A DNA stretch of 64,000 nt from Candidatus Heimdallarchaeota archaeon (GTDB lineage: Archaea > Asgardarchaeota > Heimdallarchaeia > Heimdallarchaeales > Heimdallarchaeaceae). Position 1 is the stretch's first letter; the number at the start of each line of letters is the position of its first letter. Both the position numbers and the translations under genes were made by a program. A model generated the notes under the pieces. That model searched no databases, had not been told where the DNA came from, and saw only the letters and a list, made by a program, of their open reading frames with translations. Positions 28,190-38,109 of this stretch are shown piece by piece. The stretch spans positions 1 through 64,000 of the forward strand of contig JAEOSZ010000024.1 of assembly GCA_016840095.1 (NCBI GenBank). The letters are read 5' to 3'.

Positions 28190-29905
28190 TTAAGAGTAGA
28201 GAAAAGTCTCCATAACCAATTTTTCATGAATTTCCTCATACATAGCTATGATTGTTTCTTTTGCCAGTTCCTTTGCAAATTTACGCTTAATTCTATCTTC
28301 CGGTTTTCTCTTTTTCCATAAGTTTGAAACAAGCTGATAAAATAATTTAACAAAATAGTAGAGACTCAATGGTAATGCAAGAATTACTTTGAATAAAAAC
28401 AATAAAGCTTTCCAAAGCATTCCTAAAGATTTCTTAGCTTCTTCTCTAGTTGCTTCATCTAATTCCTCATGAGGTTCATCTGCAAGGAGCATAGAATTCA
28501 AACCCTTTTGGATTTCGATAAATTTTGAACCGAGATAAACTCCAGATCTTTTAGTCCAATCTTTTGAAAACATTATCTTGAATCGACCTCCAATGTGTCG
28601 TCCATAATGATAAAAAATCAGGAAAAATTCTACAAAAGGCATGAAAAAGCCTACAACCATGTTTCTGAGTTTCTTAGCAGTTCGAACAAACCACTTTTCT
28701 TTTGCAAGATGATCTAGAAAATACCTTTGTCCTCCAAGAGCTATTGAAAATGCTAATTGATTATATTCCAAATCGCTAAAGGGAAGGTTAAACTTATTTT
28801 CAACCTTCATTATTCCTTTCAAAGCTCCAGTAAGCATGATTGAGCTGAAAAATTCTTTAGAAACAAATTCTTCATCTAATTTCTTTCTAACAAAATTAAA
28901 AGTTTGCTTAGCTTCTCTGTATTTCATGGAATTTCTTTCAGCAAAACTAGCTAAACCTGGTTCTTTTCTAAATGGAATAACGTATGTTTCTTTTTGCCAG
29001 AGAAGAAGAGAAAAAACTCTGGAAATAGAGTCTTCGATGTTATTCATATCAAGTCTTTCTTCAGTATCTGAGGAGAGAAACTCCTCATAAAGATTCTTTG
29101 TTTTTTCAGGTAAAGAAAACGTAGAAACACTAACTATATTCGTGAATCGTTCACGTAATGTTGTTAAATCACCTACAAGATCAAACTTGAATTCTTCATA
29201 AGTAGAAGCATCTACTGGTGGAGCTTCAAAAAAAGAAAAACTAGCTTTAGAAGCTAAATACGGAAGAGAAAAGAGGTTTTCTAATCTCTGGTAAAATGAT
29301 CCCCAACTATATGCCCCCATCTTGATTAACCTCATACTTGCATTATGGAAAATGGCATAAATTGGACCAAAAATAGTAGCAACAAAAGATAACATTCCCA
29401 TAACGGTAGAACAGATTACACCGATAAGAGTGATAACTATCCAGAGAGCCTTATCACCGAGACTAGTTAACCATTCGCTATTTTTGATTAACTCATCGAT
29501 AAGGGCATCAAAACTGATGGTTTGGCTGCCTATAAGGACAACAGAAGCTGCAATAATAAATACGATAATCAAGAGGTGATCGTAAGTTTCTCCAACACCT
29601 CTTTGAATAGGGTAAGCTTTATTGATTCTATCTTCCTTCATAACAACTTCATCAATCTCTTCTTCAAGCTTAACTAGTTCCATTTTTTCAGGGCTAGAGA
29701 AAAGATTAGAAATATAAAGTAGATACTTTCTCCAAAGATTGAGAATAGGTACTAGTTCACGAAGACCACGAGGGATTAGTAATTCGTAAATGAAAAAGAA
29801 TAATTTAGCAAGAACTACAGCAACATAGAGGATGACTCCAACTATCCAAAGGAAAGGAGTGGCAATTGCAGTAAGAATATTGCTAAGAAATTTTTTCATG
29901 TACAA
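28190..29905 (-). CDS. Uncharacterised multi-pass membrane protein, family member 1
   Basis: Shares PRGLRELVP, FGPIYA.FH, MGAY.W, LEN.FSLPY.A.K.SFSFF.APP, TGALKG and MYEEI with 44382-46502 and 46559-48295. Confidence 0.8.
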   Translation of the reverse strand: MYMKKFLSNILTAIATPFLWIVGVILYVAVVLAKLFFFIYELLIPRGLRELVPILNLWRKYLLYISNLFSSPEKMELVKLEEEIDEVVMKEDRINKAYPIQRGVGETYDHLLIIVFIIAASVVLIGSQTISFDALIDELIKNSEWLTSLGDKALWIVITLIGVICSTVMGMLSFVATIFGPIYAIFHNASMRLIKMGAYSWGSFYQRLENLFSLPYLASKASFSFFEAPPVDASTYEEFKFDLVGDLTTLRERFTNIVSVSTFSLPEKTKNLYEEFLSSDTEERLDMNNIEDSISRVFSLLLWQKETYVIPFRKEPGLASFAERNSMKYREAKQTFNFVRKKLDEEFVSKEFFSSIMLTGALKGIMKVENKFNLPFSDLEYNQLAFSIALGGQRYFLDHLAKEKWFVRTAKKLRNMVVGFFMPFVEFFLIFYHYGRHIGGRFKIMFSKDWTKRSGVYLGSKFIEIQKGLNSMLLADEPHEELDEATREEAKKSLGMLWKALLFLFKVILALPLSLYYFVKLFYQLVSNLWKKRKPEDRIKRKFAKELAKETIIAMYEEIHEKLVMETFLYS

Positions 29906-29978
29906 TACAAATCTACACTACTACGTTTTTAATTTTGTGATAGAAAAAAATCGAGTAAAAAGGAGAGAAAAAAGAAAA

Positions 29979-30986
29979 TTAGTACTTGATTCTAGGATCA
30001 ATAAACACATACGTGACATCCGTCAAAAGCCTTGCAACAAGGAAAAGAAATGGAAAGATCGTATTAGTAGCTAACATCATCGGATAGTCTCTGAAGAGAG
30101 CACCTTCCAGGAAATAAGTACCTAACCCTGGCCAACCAAAAACTGTCTCAATCATCACAGAACCTGATAACAAGCCTGGTAGTGAGTTTCCAACGATGGT
30201 AACGATTGGAAGTAAACCATTTCTGAATGCATGTTTATAAATTACTCCTCTATTCGATACTCCTTTTGCTTTTGCTGTTATCACATAATCTTGTCTTAGT
30301 ATTTCTAGCAGCTGTGACCTGATGAGTCTTGCCATGAATACTAGTCCACCTAGAGTCAACGCTAGTGTTGGTAATATCAGATACTTGTAAAAATTAGGGT
30401 TGAATACTAATGGTTTTATAAACGCATCTTTGTTTGTAACTCCTGTAAAATTAAATAGCTTAAATGACATATACATCAATAGTTTTGCTAGCCAAAACAG
30501 TGGCATTGAATATCCTAGTAGCATTGCAACTGTTAGAGACCTATCCCATATACTATTTCTTCTTGTTGCTGATACTACTCCTATTGCTGTTGATAATAAT
30601 AATGACAATACAAATGAAATTACATTCAAAATTATTGTATACGGTGCATGTTCTGCTATTATCTTAGCTATAGGTATTCCCACTCCTGCTTGAGTGTTAT
30701 ACCATGACCTCCCGAAATCAAACCTAAGTAAATCACTAACATAGTCTATATACCTTTTGAACCAAGGAATTGTGTACATGTCATCATTCATTAGCCCCAT
30801 TTCTATTGCTTCCCGGTTGTATGCATTATTATAGCATACATCGTTATCACAATGTATCAACCCCATTCTAACAATTACTGGATCTCCTGGACTTATGTTA
30901 ATAAGTGTAAAATTCATCAGAGTTATTCCTATCATTACTGGAACGATATATAGTACTCTTCTTATTATGAAACCTTTTAGCGACAA
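29979..30986 (-). CDS. Oligopeptide/dipeptide ABC permease (OppB/DppB family)
   Basis: FIIRR...PGDP, DFGRS, EAA-like QDYVITAKAKG, KHAFRN, ETVFGWPGLG, RDYP, DPRI. Confidence 0.93.
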   Translation of the reverse strand: MSLKGFIIRRVLYIVPVMIGITLMNFTLINISPGDPVIVRMGLIHCDNDVCYNNAYNREAIEMGLMNDDMYTIPWFKRYIDYVSDLLRFDFGRSWYNTQAGVGIPIAKIIAEHAPYTIILNVISFVLSLLLSTAIGVVSATRRNSIWDRSLTVAMLLGYSMPLFWLAKLLMYMSFKLFNFTGVTNKDAFIKPLVFNPNFYKYLILPTLALTLGGLVFMARLIRSQLLEILRQDYVITAKAKGVSNRGVIYKHAFRNGLLPIVTIVGNSLPGLLSGSVMIETVFGWPGLGTYFLEGALFRDYPMMLATNTIFPFLFLVARLLTDVTYVFIDPRIKY

Positions 30987-31077
30987 TTTATCACTTCAAC
31001 CCAATATGTTACAGAATTCTCATACATTTAAGTTTCTTTCTATCAAACAAGATGACAGATTATTTTCACATGAAGTC

Positions 31078-31095
31078 TATGAATATATATTCATA
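31078..31095. promoter_or_regulatory. Perfect 18-bp palindrome, candidate operator of the DUF134 operon
   Basis: TATGAATAT|ATATTCATA, just upstream of the TATA-like TTTATATA (about 31104-31111). Confidence 0.6.
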
Positions 31096-31133
31096 CCTAA
31101 CAGTTTATATATTCAATTAGAGATTCTTTTAAC

Positions 31134-31430
31134 ATGGTTCAGAATCGTAAAATAGAGAGACGTTGTATTAGTTATGAAGGCCATGTCTTTAAACCAGTAG
31201 CAATTCCTTTGAAGGATTTAGAGCAAGTCATTTTGACAAAGGAAGAAATTACTGCACTATACTATGCAGATTTTCTTGCTAAGAAACAACAAGATGCAGC
31301 AAAAAAAATGGGTATTTCTCAACCTTCATTCAGTCGAGAGTTGGATTCTGCACACTCTAAAATTGCAGATGCCTTTTTCCGTACTAAATCTATTTTATTC
31401 GAGGAACCTGAATCAACTGAAGATGTCTAA
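31134..31430 (+). CDS. DUF134 (UPF0251) HTH DNA-binding protein
   Basis: FKP..IP...LE.V.L..EE..AL...D.....Q..AA..MGISQPSFSR.L.SAH.KIADA. Confidence 0.9.
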   Translation: MVQNRKIERRCISYEGHVFKPVAIPLKDLEQVILTKEEITALYYADFLAKKQQDAAKKMGISQPSFSRELDSAHSKIADAFFRTKSILFEEPESTEDV

Positions 31431-31431
31431 T

Positions 31432-31761
31432 ATGAAAATTTGTATACCAGTATCAGGAATAAACGAAAATCCAACTATGGATAATAGGTTTGGTAGAGCT
31501 AGTTACTTCTGTATTTATGAGACAGAAGATGATTCATCTGTTGTGATTCAAAATCCAGCAGTTGAAGCAAGGGGAGGTGCAGGTCTAAGAGCTGTTGAGT
31601 TCCTTGTAGAAAAACAGATTAAAGCAGTTATTGTTCCCCAATTGGGCCCAAATGCTGATCGAGCTCTTAGAGCAGCACAAATCTTGATTTTTCAAGGGGA
31701 ATCTATTCCTGTGAAAAATTTGATTGTTAAATGGAGAAATGAAGATTTAAGAGAAATTTAG
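31432..31761 (+). CDS. NifB/NifX-family (Fe-Mo cofactor-binding-like) protein
   Basis: MKICIP...RFGRASYF...GAG...GPNA. True start at 31423 or 31432, not 31264. Confidence 0.88.
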   Translation: MKICIPVSGINENPTMDNRFGRASYFCIYETEDDSSVVIQNPAVEARGGAGLRAVEFLVEKQIKAVIVPQLGPNADRALRAAQILIFQGESIPVKNLIVKWRNEDLREI

Positions 31762-31765
31762 GTGA

Positions 31766-32119
31766 ATGAAAATGAAATACGCAGTACCTTTAGATAATAG
31801 AGATGGGTGGAATTCTGTTGTTGGTCAACATTTTGGCAGAGTTCCCTATTATGCCATTTGGGATGAAACTGATGATGCTCTAGATATCATTGATAATGGG
31901 AGTAATCACAGAGGTGGAGTTGGTATGCCTATGGAATTCCTTGCTAAATATTGTGATGGTGTTATATGTAAAGGAGTAGGAGCCAGAGCAGTTCAGCTTG
32001 GAAACCAACTTGGTTTGAGAGTATACATGGGTGCAGTAGACTCTCTTCAAGAAACTATCAACAGTTACAAAGAAGGCAGATTAGCTTTAGCCACAAAAGA
32101 TGATGGATGCAAACATTAA
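31766..32119 (+). CDS. NifB/NifX-family protein
   Basis: HFGRVPYY, VICKGVGARA, C-terminal C.H; AGGTGA SD. Confidence 0.88.
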   Translation: MKMKYAVPLDNRDGWNSVVGQHFGRVPYYAIWDETDDALDIIDNGSNHRGGVGMPMEFLAKYCDGVICKGVGARAVQLGNQLGLRVYMGAVDSLQETINSYKEGRLALATKDDGCKH

Positions 32120-32135
32120 CTGAAGGAAACAGGAA

Positions 32136-32972
32136 ATGGAAATAGCAATAGTTTCTGGAAAAGGAGGTACGGGAAAAACCTCTCTGGCAATTAGTTTAGC
32201 TAGTATACTTGATGATGTTCAGCTTATTGATGCGGATGTTGATGAACCTAATTGTTCACTCTTTCTAGATTTGAAAATGAAACATAAAGCTGATGCTGAA
32301 ATTCTTGTGCCTGAAATCAACTATGATAAATGCACCTTGTGTGGAATCTGTAGCAAAAATTGTGAATATAACGCTTTAATGAAAGTACCTGATCAGATTC
32401 TCCTGTTTGAGAAGATGTGTCACGGATGTGGTTTATGTAGCAAAATCTGTCCTGAAAAGGCAATTCAGGAGATACCTCGAACTATAGGTAAAGTTCTTCA
32501 AGGAGAGAATGAAAGTTTGCTCTTCAACTATGGAGTGATAAATGTAGGAGAGGAATTAAGTACTCCAGTTATAGCTCAATTAAAACAACACATCTCAAAA
32601 ACCAAAGAGATAGTAATTATAGATTCTCCTCCTGGTTCTGCTTGTCCAATGGTAGAAACAGTAGCTGATGTGGACTATGTCATTGTAGTTGCAGAGCCTA
32701 CACCCTTTGGATTATCAGATATGAAGATTGTTGTAAAGACCTTGAATATTCTGAAGAAAAAATTTGGTGTAATTATCAATAAAGATGGAATAGGAGATGA
32801 AGAATTAGAGAATTTCTGTATCAATGAAAAGATTCCTATTCTTCTCAAGATTCCCTTTAGTTTGGAAATAGCTAGGAAATATTCAGAAGGATTACCTTTC
32901 ATCAAAGTACTTCCTCAAATGAAAACAGATCTTGAAACTATGATGATCATAATACAGGAGAAGATCTTATGA
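32136..32972 (+). CDS. MinD-superfamily P-loop ATPase with inserted 2x[4Fe-4S] ferredoxin (COG1149-like)
   Basis: SGKGGTGKT, DADVDEPN, CTLCGIC...C, CHGCGLC...CP, DSPPGSACP, EPTPFG. Confidence 0.92.
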   Translation: MEIAIVSGKGGTGKTSLAISLASILDDVQLIDADVDEPNCSLFLDLKMKHKADAEILVPEINYDKCTLCGICSKNCEYNALMKVPDQILLFEKMCHGCGLCSKICPEKAIQEIPRTIGKVLQGENESLLFNYGVINVGEELSTPVIAQLKQHISKTKEIVIIDSPPGSACPMVETVADVDYVIVVAEPTPFGLSDMKIVVKTLNILKKKFGVIINKDGIGDEELENFCINEKIPILLKIPFSLEIARKYSEGLPFIKVLPQMKTDLETMMIIIQEKIL

Positions 32973-33874
32973 GTTATAAGAATATCAAACAGATAACTGT
33001 CATATCTGGAAAAGGAGGAACAGGAAAGAGTTCCATTATTGCAGCTTTAGCAGCTTATCTAAAAAATGAAGCAATTCTTGCTGATGCAGATGTTGATGCA
33101 GCTGATCTCTATCTTATATTTGAACCTGAAGAAAGTGAAGAGTTTGATTTTTATGGATTAAGAAAAGCTGAAGTCAATAAAGAGTTGTGTATAGAGTGTG
33201 GAACATGCAGAGAAAATTGTAGATTCGAAGCTATATCTTCCAAATTAGAAGTCATACCCACAAGATGTGAAGGTTGTGCCACATGCTATCATCTCTGTCC
33301 AACTTCAGCAATAGAAATGTTGGACAATATATCTGGCAAGTATTTTGTATCTGATACTAGAATTGGAAAAATGATCCATGCTAAACTCCATCCAGGAGAA
33401 GAAAGCTCTGGATTGCTAGTTGCACAAGTAAGAAAAACAGCTAAAAAAGCTGCTGAAACTGAAAAAAAGGATTTAGTGCTAATAGATGGTTCTCCAGGAA
33501 TAGGTTGTCCAGTTATTAGTTCTTTGGTTGGAGTCGATATGGCTTTGGTTGTTACTGAACCAACCCTTTCAGGATATCACGATTTGGATAGAGTTTTACA
33601 GTTGTTAGAGCAATTTAAAATACCGGGGTATATTATTGTTAATAGATTTGATATTAACATAGAAATTACTCAAAAAATAGAAAAAGAATTTGCTAAGACT
33701 TTTCCTGTAATCTCAAAGATTCCTTATAATCCGATTTTTGTTCAAGCTATGTTAGAGAAAAAATCAGTTCTAGAAGTTGATCAAGAAGAGACAGAAATAA
33801 TAAATATCAAAGATCAGTTGATAGATATTGGAAATTTCATCATAGAAAAAATGGATTTGGAGAAACAGATATAA
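32969..33874 (+). CDS. Second COG1149-like P-loop ATPase with ferredoxin insert
   Basis: SGKGGTGKS, CIECGTC, CEGCATC, DGSPGIGCP, EPTLSG; ATGA overlap with the upstream gene. Confidence 0.92.
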   Translation: MSYKNIKQITVISGKGGTGKSSIIAALAAYLKNEAILADADVDAADLYLIFEPEESEEFDFYGLRKAEVNKELCIECGTCRENCRFEAISSKLEVIPTRCEGCATCYHLCPTSAIEMLDNISGKYFVSDTRIGKMIHAKLHPGEESSGLLVAQVRKTAKKAAETEKKDLVLIDGSPGIGCPVISSLVGVDMALVVTEPTLSGYHDLDRVLQLLEQFKIPGYIIVNRFDINIEITQKIEKEFAKTFPVISKIPYNPIFVQAMLEKKSVLEVDQEETEIINIKDQLIDIGNFIIEKMDLEKQI

Positions 33875-33885
33875 AGCTAAGTGAT

Positions 33886-34728
33886 TTGGTACTGATTATG
33901 AATCATACAGAAGACTACTTTGAAGGTGGAAAAGGATACAAAATCTTCTATCAATCATGGATTCCTGAAAATCCAAAAGGAATAATACAGATAATTCATG
34001 GGGGAGTTGAGCATGTTGGCAGATACAAACATCTAGTAAAATACCTAACAGAAAATAACTTTGCTGTTTATGGAAATGATCATCGAGGTCATGGAAAAAG
34101 TGAGGGAAGACGAAATCACATTATGAATCATGAAGAATTCGTTGATGATTGTTATAAACTATCAGAAATTATCAAAGGAAAATATAAAGATTTACCATTT
34201 TTTATTGTTGGACATTCAATGGGTTCTTTTATTGCTCAACGTTACGTGATAAAACATCCTAATAACATGAATGGATTAGTTCTGTCAGGTTCTGGAATCA
34301 GAATGCCACCATTGCCTAAAGCTCTCCAAGTTCTAGCTAGAATCATGTATAAAATATTCCCTATCTTTGTAGCAGCTTCTGGAATAAATCCAAATGATTT
34401 ATCAACAGATCCTGAATCAGTTGAAGATTATATTAATGATCCACTCATAAATTACCAAAAAGCAACTGCTGGTTATGGAATTTGCATGATTGATCATCCA
34501 AAATATGTTAAGGATAAACTAGGTTTATTCACCAAACCTGTTCTAATTCAAAAAGGAAGTCTAGATACAATGATAACAGGAATTGATGAACTTGTTAATG
34601 AATTCAAAGGAACCGAAGTAACTGTTAAAATTTATGAGAATTACATGCATGAAGTTTACACAGAAACTAAGGAGAAACGAGATCAAGCCTTCAGTGATTT
34701 AGTCCTCTGGTTGAATTCTCTTATCTAA
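33886..34728 (+). CDS. Alpha/beta hydrolase (lysophospholipase/monoacylglycerol lipase family)
   Basis: HG..EH.GRY, DHRGHGKS.G, GHSMG nucleophile elbow, catalytic D and HE. Confidence 0.9.
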   Translation: MVLIMNHTEDYFEGGKGYKIFYQSWIPENPKGIIQIIHGGVEHVGRYKHLVKYLTENNFAVYGNDHRGHGKSEGRRNHIMNHEEFVDDCYKLSEIIKGKYKDLPFFIVGHSMGSFIAQRYVIKHPNNMNGLVLSGSGIRMPPLPKALQVLARIMYKIFPIFVAASGINPNDLSTDPESVEDYINDPLINYQKATAGYGICMIDHPKYVKDKLGLFTKPVLIQKGSLDTMITGIDELVNEFKGTEVTVKIYENYMHEVYTETKEKRDQAFSDLVLWLNSLI

Positions 34729-34730
34729 CT

Positions 34731-35903
34731 TTATTCATCATCAGGACTCGAATATTCCTTTATTAGGAGTGCATCTCCTTGATGTATCTTTGCTTCATCT
34801 TTTGGAAAGAAGAAGTATTTTCCTTTTTTTCTTACTGCAAGAATCTGAAAGAAATCATCTGTTAACTCTGCTTCACGTACAGTCATCCCAATGTAGGGTG
34901 AATCTTTAGCTACGTGGATATAATCCAAAGCTTCAGAGGAATCATCTATAACATCTTCAAGAAGGGAGTAAGGTTTATGTCTTATTGTTACCCCAAAAGC
35001 AATTTTTGTTGCTGCATCAGCAATTTCTTCAAATGAATCAGCCATCCTTAAATATGCTATTAATGTCTTATTATCAATCATCTCTTGCTTGTAAAGACGC
35101 AAAACCTCTTCAATTAGCTCAAATTGGAGCTTGTCAATTTTTTCCTCAGTTTGAATAATCAGATTCTTTACCTTTGGTAAGTCTTCTAAAGCATAGAGGT
35201 AAGATAGGTCTACAATTAATTCTGCTGATTCTTTCATTGTTACTAATAAATCTTGATGGTAACTTAGTTCATCTCTAGGATGTTCTATATCTTCAGAAAT
35301 TATCCTCTCTCTTGCTTCTTCAACTGAACTTACTACCCCATTAGCCAAGTATATGAATTGGTTAACATTCTCTAATTGTCCTCTGAAGATGAGAAAATCA
35401 CCTGCAAGCATTACTTCATCGTAATCAAGTAACATTTCGTTATCTGATCGTATTATACCTATTACATCAATACCTATAAGATCATGTAAATTAGCTGTCA
35501 CTTCAGATTTTCCACATAAACATGATTTCTCATCTAATTTCACTAGATCTACAATTTGGTCCATATGATGTTGAATTTGTTTGAGTTCTTCTGAGATATC
35601 GTAGTCCATCAGTACTAAAGTAGCCATATCTGCTGCAGAATCTGAAATAAGATTATTAGCCTCTCCAATAATATAATAAATTCTTAAATGCTCAGCTTGA
35701 TTTAAACTCTTTATGGAAACAGATAATCGATCTAGTAAGTTCTGATATAAACCATCAATTTTCTCTTCCAGAACTAGTACTTGTTCCGCTACAAGTTTAT
35801 CAGAATAAAGTAACGATGCAAATGCTAAATCTACGCATATTTCAGCAAGCGTTTTAATTTCAATTAGAATATCCTTAACACTTATTGGTTCATGATCACT
35901 CAT
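34731..35903 (-). CDS. PhoU-like / TrkA_C repeat protein
   Basis: Two repeats of a helical PhoU-like domain (E..VDLA/S..L, E.I.D.A) each followed by a TrkA_C domain. Confidence 0.75.
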   Translation of the reverse strand: MSDHEPISVKDILIEIKTLAEICVDLAFASLLYSDKLVAEQVLVLEEKIDGLYQNLLDRLSVSIKSLNQAEHLRIYYIIGEANNLISDSAADMATLVLMDYDISEELKQIQHHMDQIVDLVKLDEKSCLCGKSEVTANLHDLIGIDVIGIIRSDNEMLLDYDEVMLAGDFLIFRGQLENVNQFIYLANGVVSSVEEARERIISEDIEHPRDELSYHQDLLVTMKESAELIVDLSYLYALEDLPKVKNLIIQTEEKIDKLQFELIEEVLRLYKQEMIDNKTLIAYLRMADSFEEIADAATKIAFGVTIRHKPYSLLEDVIDDSSEALDYIHVAKDSPYIGMTVREAELTDDFFQILAVRKKGKYFFFPKDEAKIHQGDALLIKEYSSPDDE

Positions 35904-35997
35904 TGCTAGTCGAACACTCTTTCATAAAAATTATATCTGATAAGAATATCAATTTTTCGCTTTGAAAGTTAAGAAAAAAACTTTATAAGATACAAAT

Positions 35998-37365
35998 ATG
36001 TTTGAATTTGTGAATTCTGGAGACATTAAGAAGAAGTTTTTCTTTTTCGAGAAAAATGAATTACTCATTCTTTCAGGAATATTCTTTCTTGGTATGTCTA
36101 CTGCTATGTTTTCACCATATGCACCAATTTGGTTATCGAAAATTTTTGATGTTGAAAATCAATATTTTATTTTAGGATTTGCAGCGATAATTCCAAATTT
36201 CATTATTGTTATTGGAACTACTTTCTGGGGGATTATGAGTGATAAATTTGGAAATAAGAAATTTGTATTAATGGGATTTGTGGCAGCAGGTTTAATGTAT
36301 TTCACATTGATGTTCATAAATAATCCATACATCTTTCTGGTTGTGATGCTGATCGGATATATTTTCATTTCAGGTCAAACATCAAATATCTATTCATTTG
36401 CTACTCTTACTTCTTCTAAAAGAAAAGAAACGATATTAGGGGAAATAGCAGCAACATTCAGTTTAGCTTGGCTAATTGCTAGTCCAATTGCTGCAACAAT
36501 ACACGATAATGCTGCAACGTTCAGTTTAAACTGGTACACAAATTCTCAAATCAGTTCATTGGTTGCTATAAATTCTCAATCACCAACAAATGGTATTCTT
36601 AATTTTGCAATGAAGCTATCCAATGTTTTTTCAGAAGAAATTGCTAATAATCCCGCTCAGGGAGTTCAATTATTTATTGCTATTATTTGCTGTACAATTG
36701 CATCATTTATTATCATATTTACCAAAGATAAGAGATTAGAAGATAAACAAACAGAAGGGGATCAAAAAGTTAAATTGGGAAAGTTAACAACCTTCGTGCT
36801 CGTATTTTCTGTATTAATGGTAATTGCTTTCTTTCAAAATGCAACGTCAGGAGGTTTCTGGGCTTACGCTTCATTATATTTCATTGAGTATTTGAATGCT
36901 CCAGCGATTTATTTTAGCTATTTTCTAATAGCAACAACTACTGTAGGTTTTGTTTTATCGTTACTTTTAGGAAGAATTACCAAAATCCGTCGTACAACTA
37001 TAGCTGTTATTGTAATGACTTTTGTTGAATTCTTGATTTATCTTATTCTATTCCTATTTCCACATAACATAACACTTGGATTAATTGTATATAGTTTTCC
37101 AATGTATATTGTCTCTTCAATAGTCCTCACTAGTCTAGTAGGTTCTTTTTCTAATAAACTGAGAAGAGCTACAGCTTTTGGTATCTTTAATACACTTGGT
37201 TTTGCAGGTTCAATTTCGGCAACACTAATAATGGGTTATACAGCTGACAAAGCTGCAAAAGGTTTAGTAGCGATATTAGGATTTTCTCTTGGATTTTCAA
37301 TATTTGCTTTTGTTCTAGCGATTATTCTTGCTGTTATTATTGAAAAAAGGAAACATTTAGTCTGA
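35998..37365 (+). CDS. MFS transporter
   Basis: About 12 TMs; motif A WGIMSDKFGNKK; RATAFGIFN. Confidence 0.85.
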   Translation: MFEFVNSGDIKKKFFFFEKNELLILSGIFFLGMSTAMFSPYAPIWLSKIFDVENQYFILGFAAIIPNFIIVIGTTFWGIMSDKFGNKKFVLMGFVAAGLMYFTLMFINNPYIFLVVMLIGYIFISGQTSNIYSFATLTSSKRKETILGEIAATFSLAWLIASPIAATIHDNAATFSLNWYTNSQISSLVAINSQSPTNGILNFAMKLSNVFSEEIANNPAQGVQLFIAIICCTIASFIIIFTKDKRLEDKQTEGDQKVKLGKLTTFVLVFSVLMVIAFFQNATSGGFWAYASLYFIEYLNAPAIYFSYFLIATTTVGFVLSLLLGRITKIRRTTIAVIVMTFVEFLIYLILFLFPHNITLGLIVYSFPMYIVSSIVLTSLVGSFSNKLRRATAFGIFNTLGFAGSISATLIMGYTADKAAKGLVAILGFSLGFSIFAFVLAIILAVIIEKRKHLV

Positions 37366-37390
37366 AAAACTTAAAAATGTCGATAGGGAA

Positions 37391-37439
37391 TGGTCAATAG
37401 TGACCAGCAGCTTAAAAATGTGTGACCAATCAATAGTCA
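37391..37439 (+). promoter_or_regulatory. Paired TGACCA-type dyads flanking a TATA box
   Basis: TGGTCA-N4-TGACCA (37391-37406), CTTAAAAA (37411-37418), TGACCA-N5-TAGTCA (37423-37439). Confidence 0.55.
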
Positions 37440-37463
37440 TATACAAATGTTAAGGTGAAATAA

Positions 37464-37808
37464 ATGAACTTTGAAGAACTAGGGGAAAAACTAGGTGAAG
37501 AAATAGAGAAAAAAGTTAAGTCAAAAAGCAAATCAAAAAGCATAGAAAGTCCTGAAGAAATTAAGGAAGTGCTACAAGCTGTTTCTAGTGAAATTCCTTC
37601 TTTGATTAAGAATATATTCTCCGCAATATTCGATCCAGATATTGCAGCAAATTTTGGAAAAGGAATTGTTGCTTTGCATGAAGAACTTTCTAATCAAGGT
37701 TTGCCAGAAAGTATGATTAATGAAATTGTAATGAATTTCTCTAAATCTTTCAATATTTTAGGCAATGCAATGCGGTCTAATATCAATATCAATAAAGACG
37801 ACGATTAA
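37464..37808 (+). CDS. Conserved hypothetical helical protein
   Basis: AGGTGA SD; first gene of a three-gene operon. Confidence 0.7.
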   Translation: MNFEELGEKLGEEIEKKVKSKSKSKSIESPEEIKEVLQAVSSEIPSLIKNIFSAIFDPDIAANFGKGIVALHEELSNQGLPESMINEIVMNFSKSFNILGNAMRSNININKDDD

Positions 37809-37827
37809 TGGTAGAACTGGTGAGAAT

Positions 37828-38094
37828 ATGTCAGGTAAGTTTTACTCTATAGTGATGTCAATCAACTATGTAGCTTATCTAATATTAGTTCTCCCATTTC
37901 TTGTTCTTTATTATTTTATGACAAATCCTATACGAAGAAAAAATAATAAAAGAAAATTGAATAATATTCTCAAGAATGGGGGAATCCCAAGAGAACTGAG
38001 AAAAGAAGTTATTGGTCACTATACTGAATTTACAAAAATTATAAGTTTTAGCACTATTGCAAAGCAGAGAAAAAAGCCAAAAGAAGAAAACTAA
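37828..38094 (+). CDS. Small single-TM hypothetical protein
   Basis: ATG 37828 with GGTGA SD; N-terminal TM and basic tail with G.P.EL similar to the upstream gene. Confidence 0.65.
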   Translation: MSGKFYSIVMSINYVAYLILVLPFLVLYYFMTNPIRRKNNKRKLNNILKNGGIPRELRKEVIGHYTEFTKIISFSTIAKQRKKPKEEN

Positions 38095-38109
38095 TAAGAG
38101 GTTTCAAAC

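Noticed and set aside
31432-33874. Nitrogen-fixation genes
   Set aside because: NifX-like and COG1149 proteins occur widely in non-diazotrophs; no nifHDK here.
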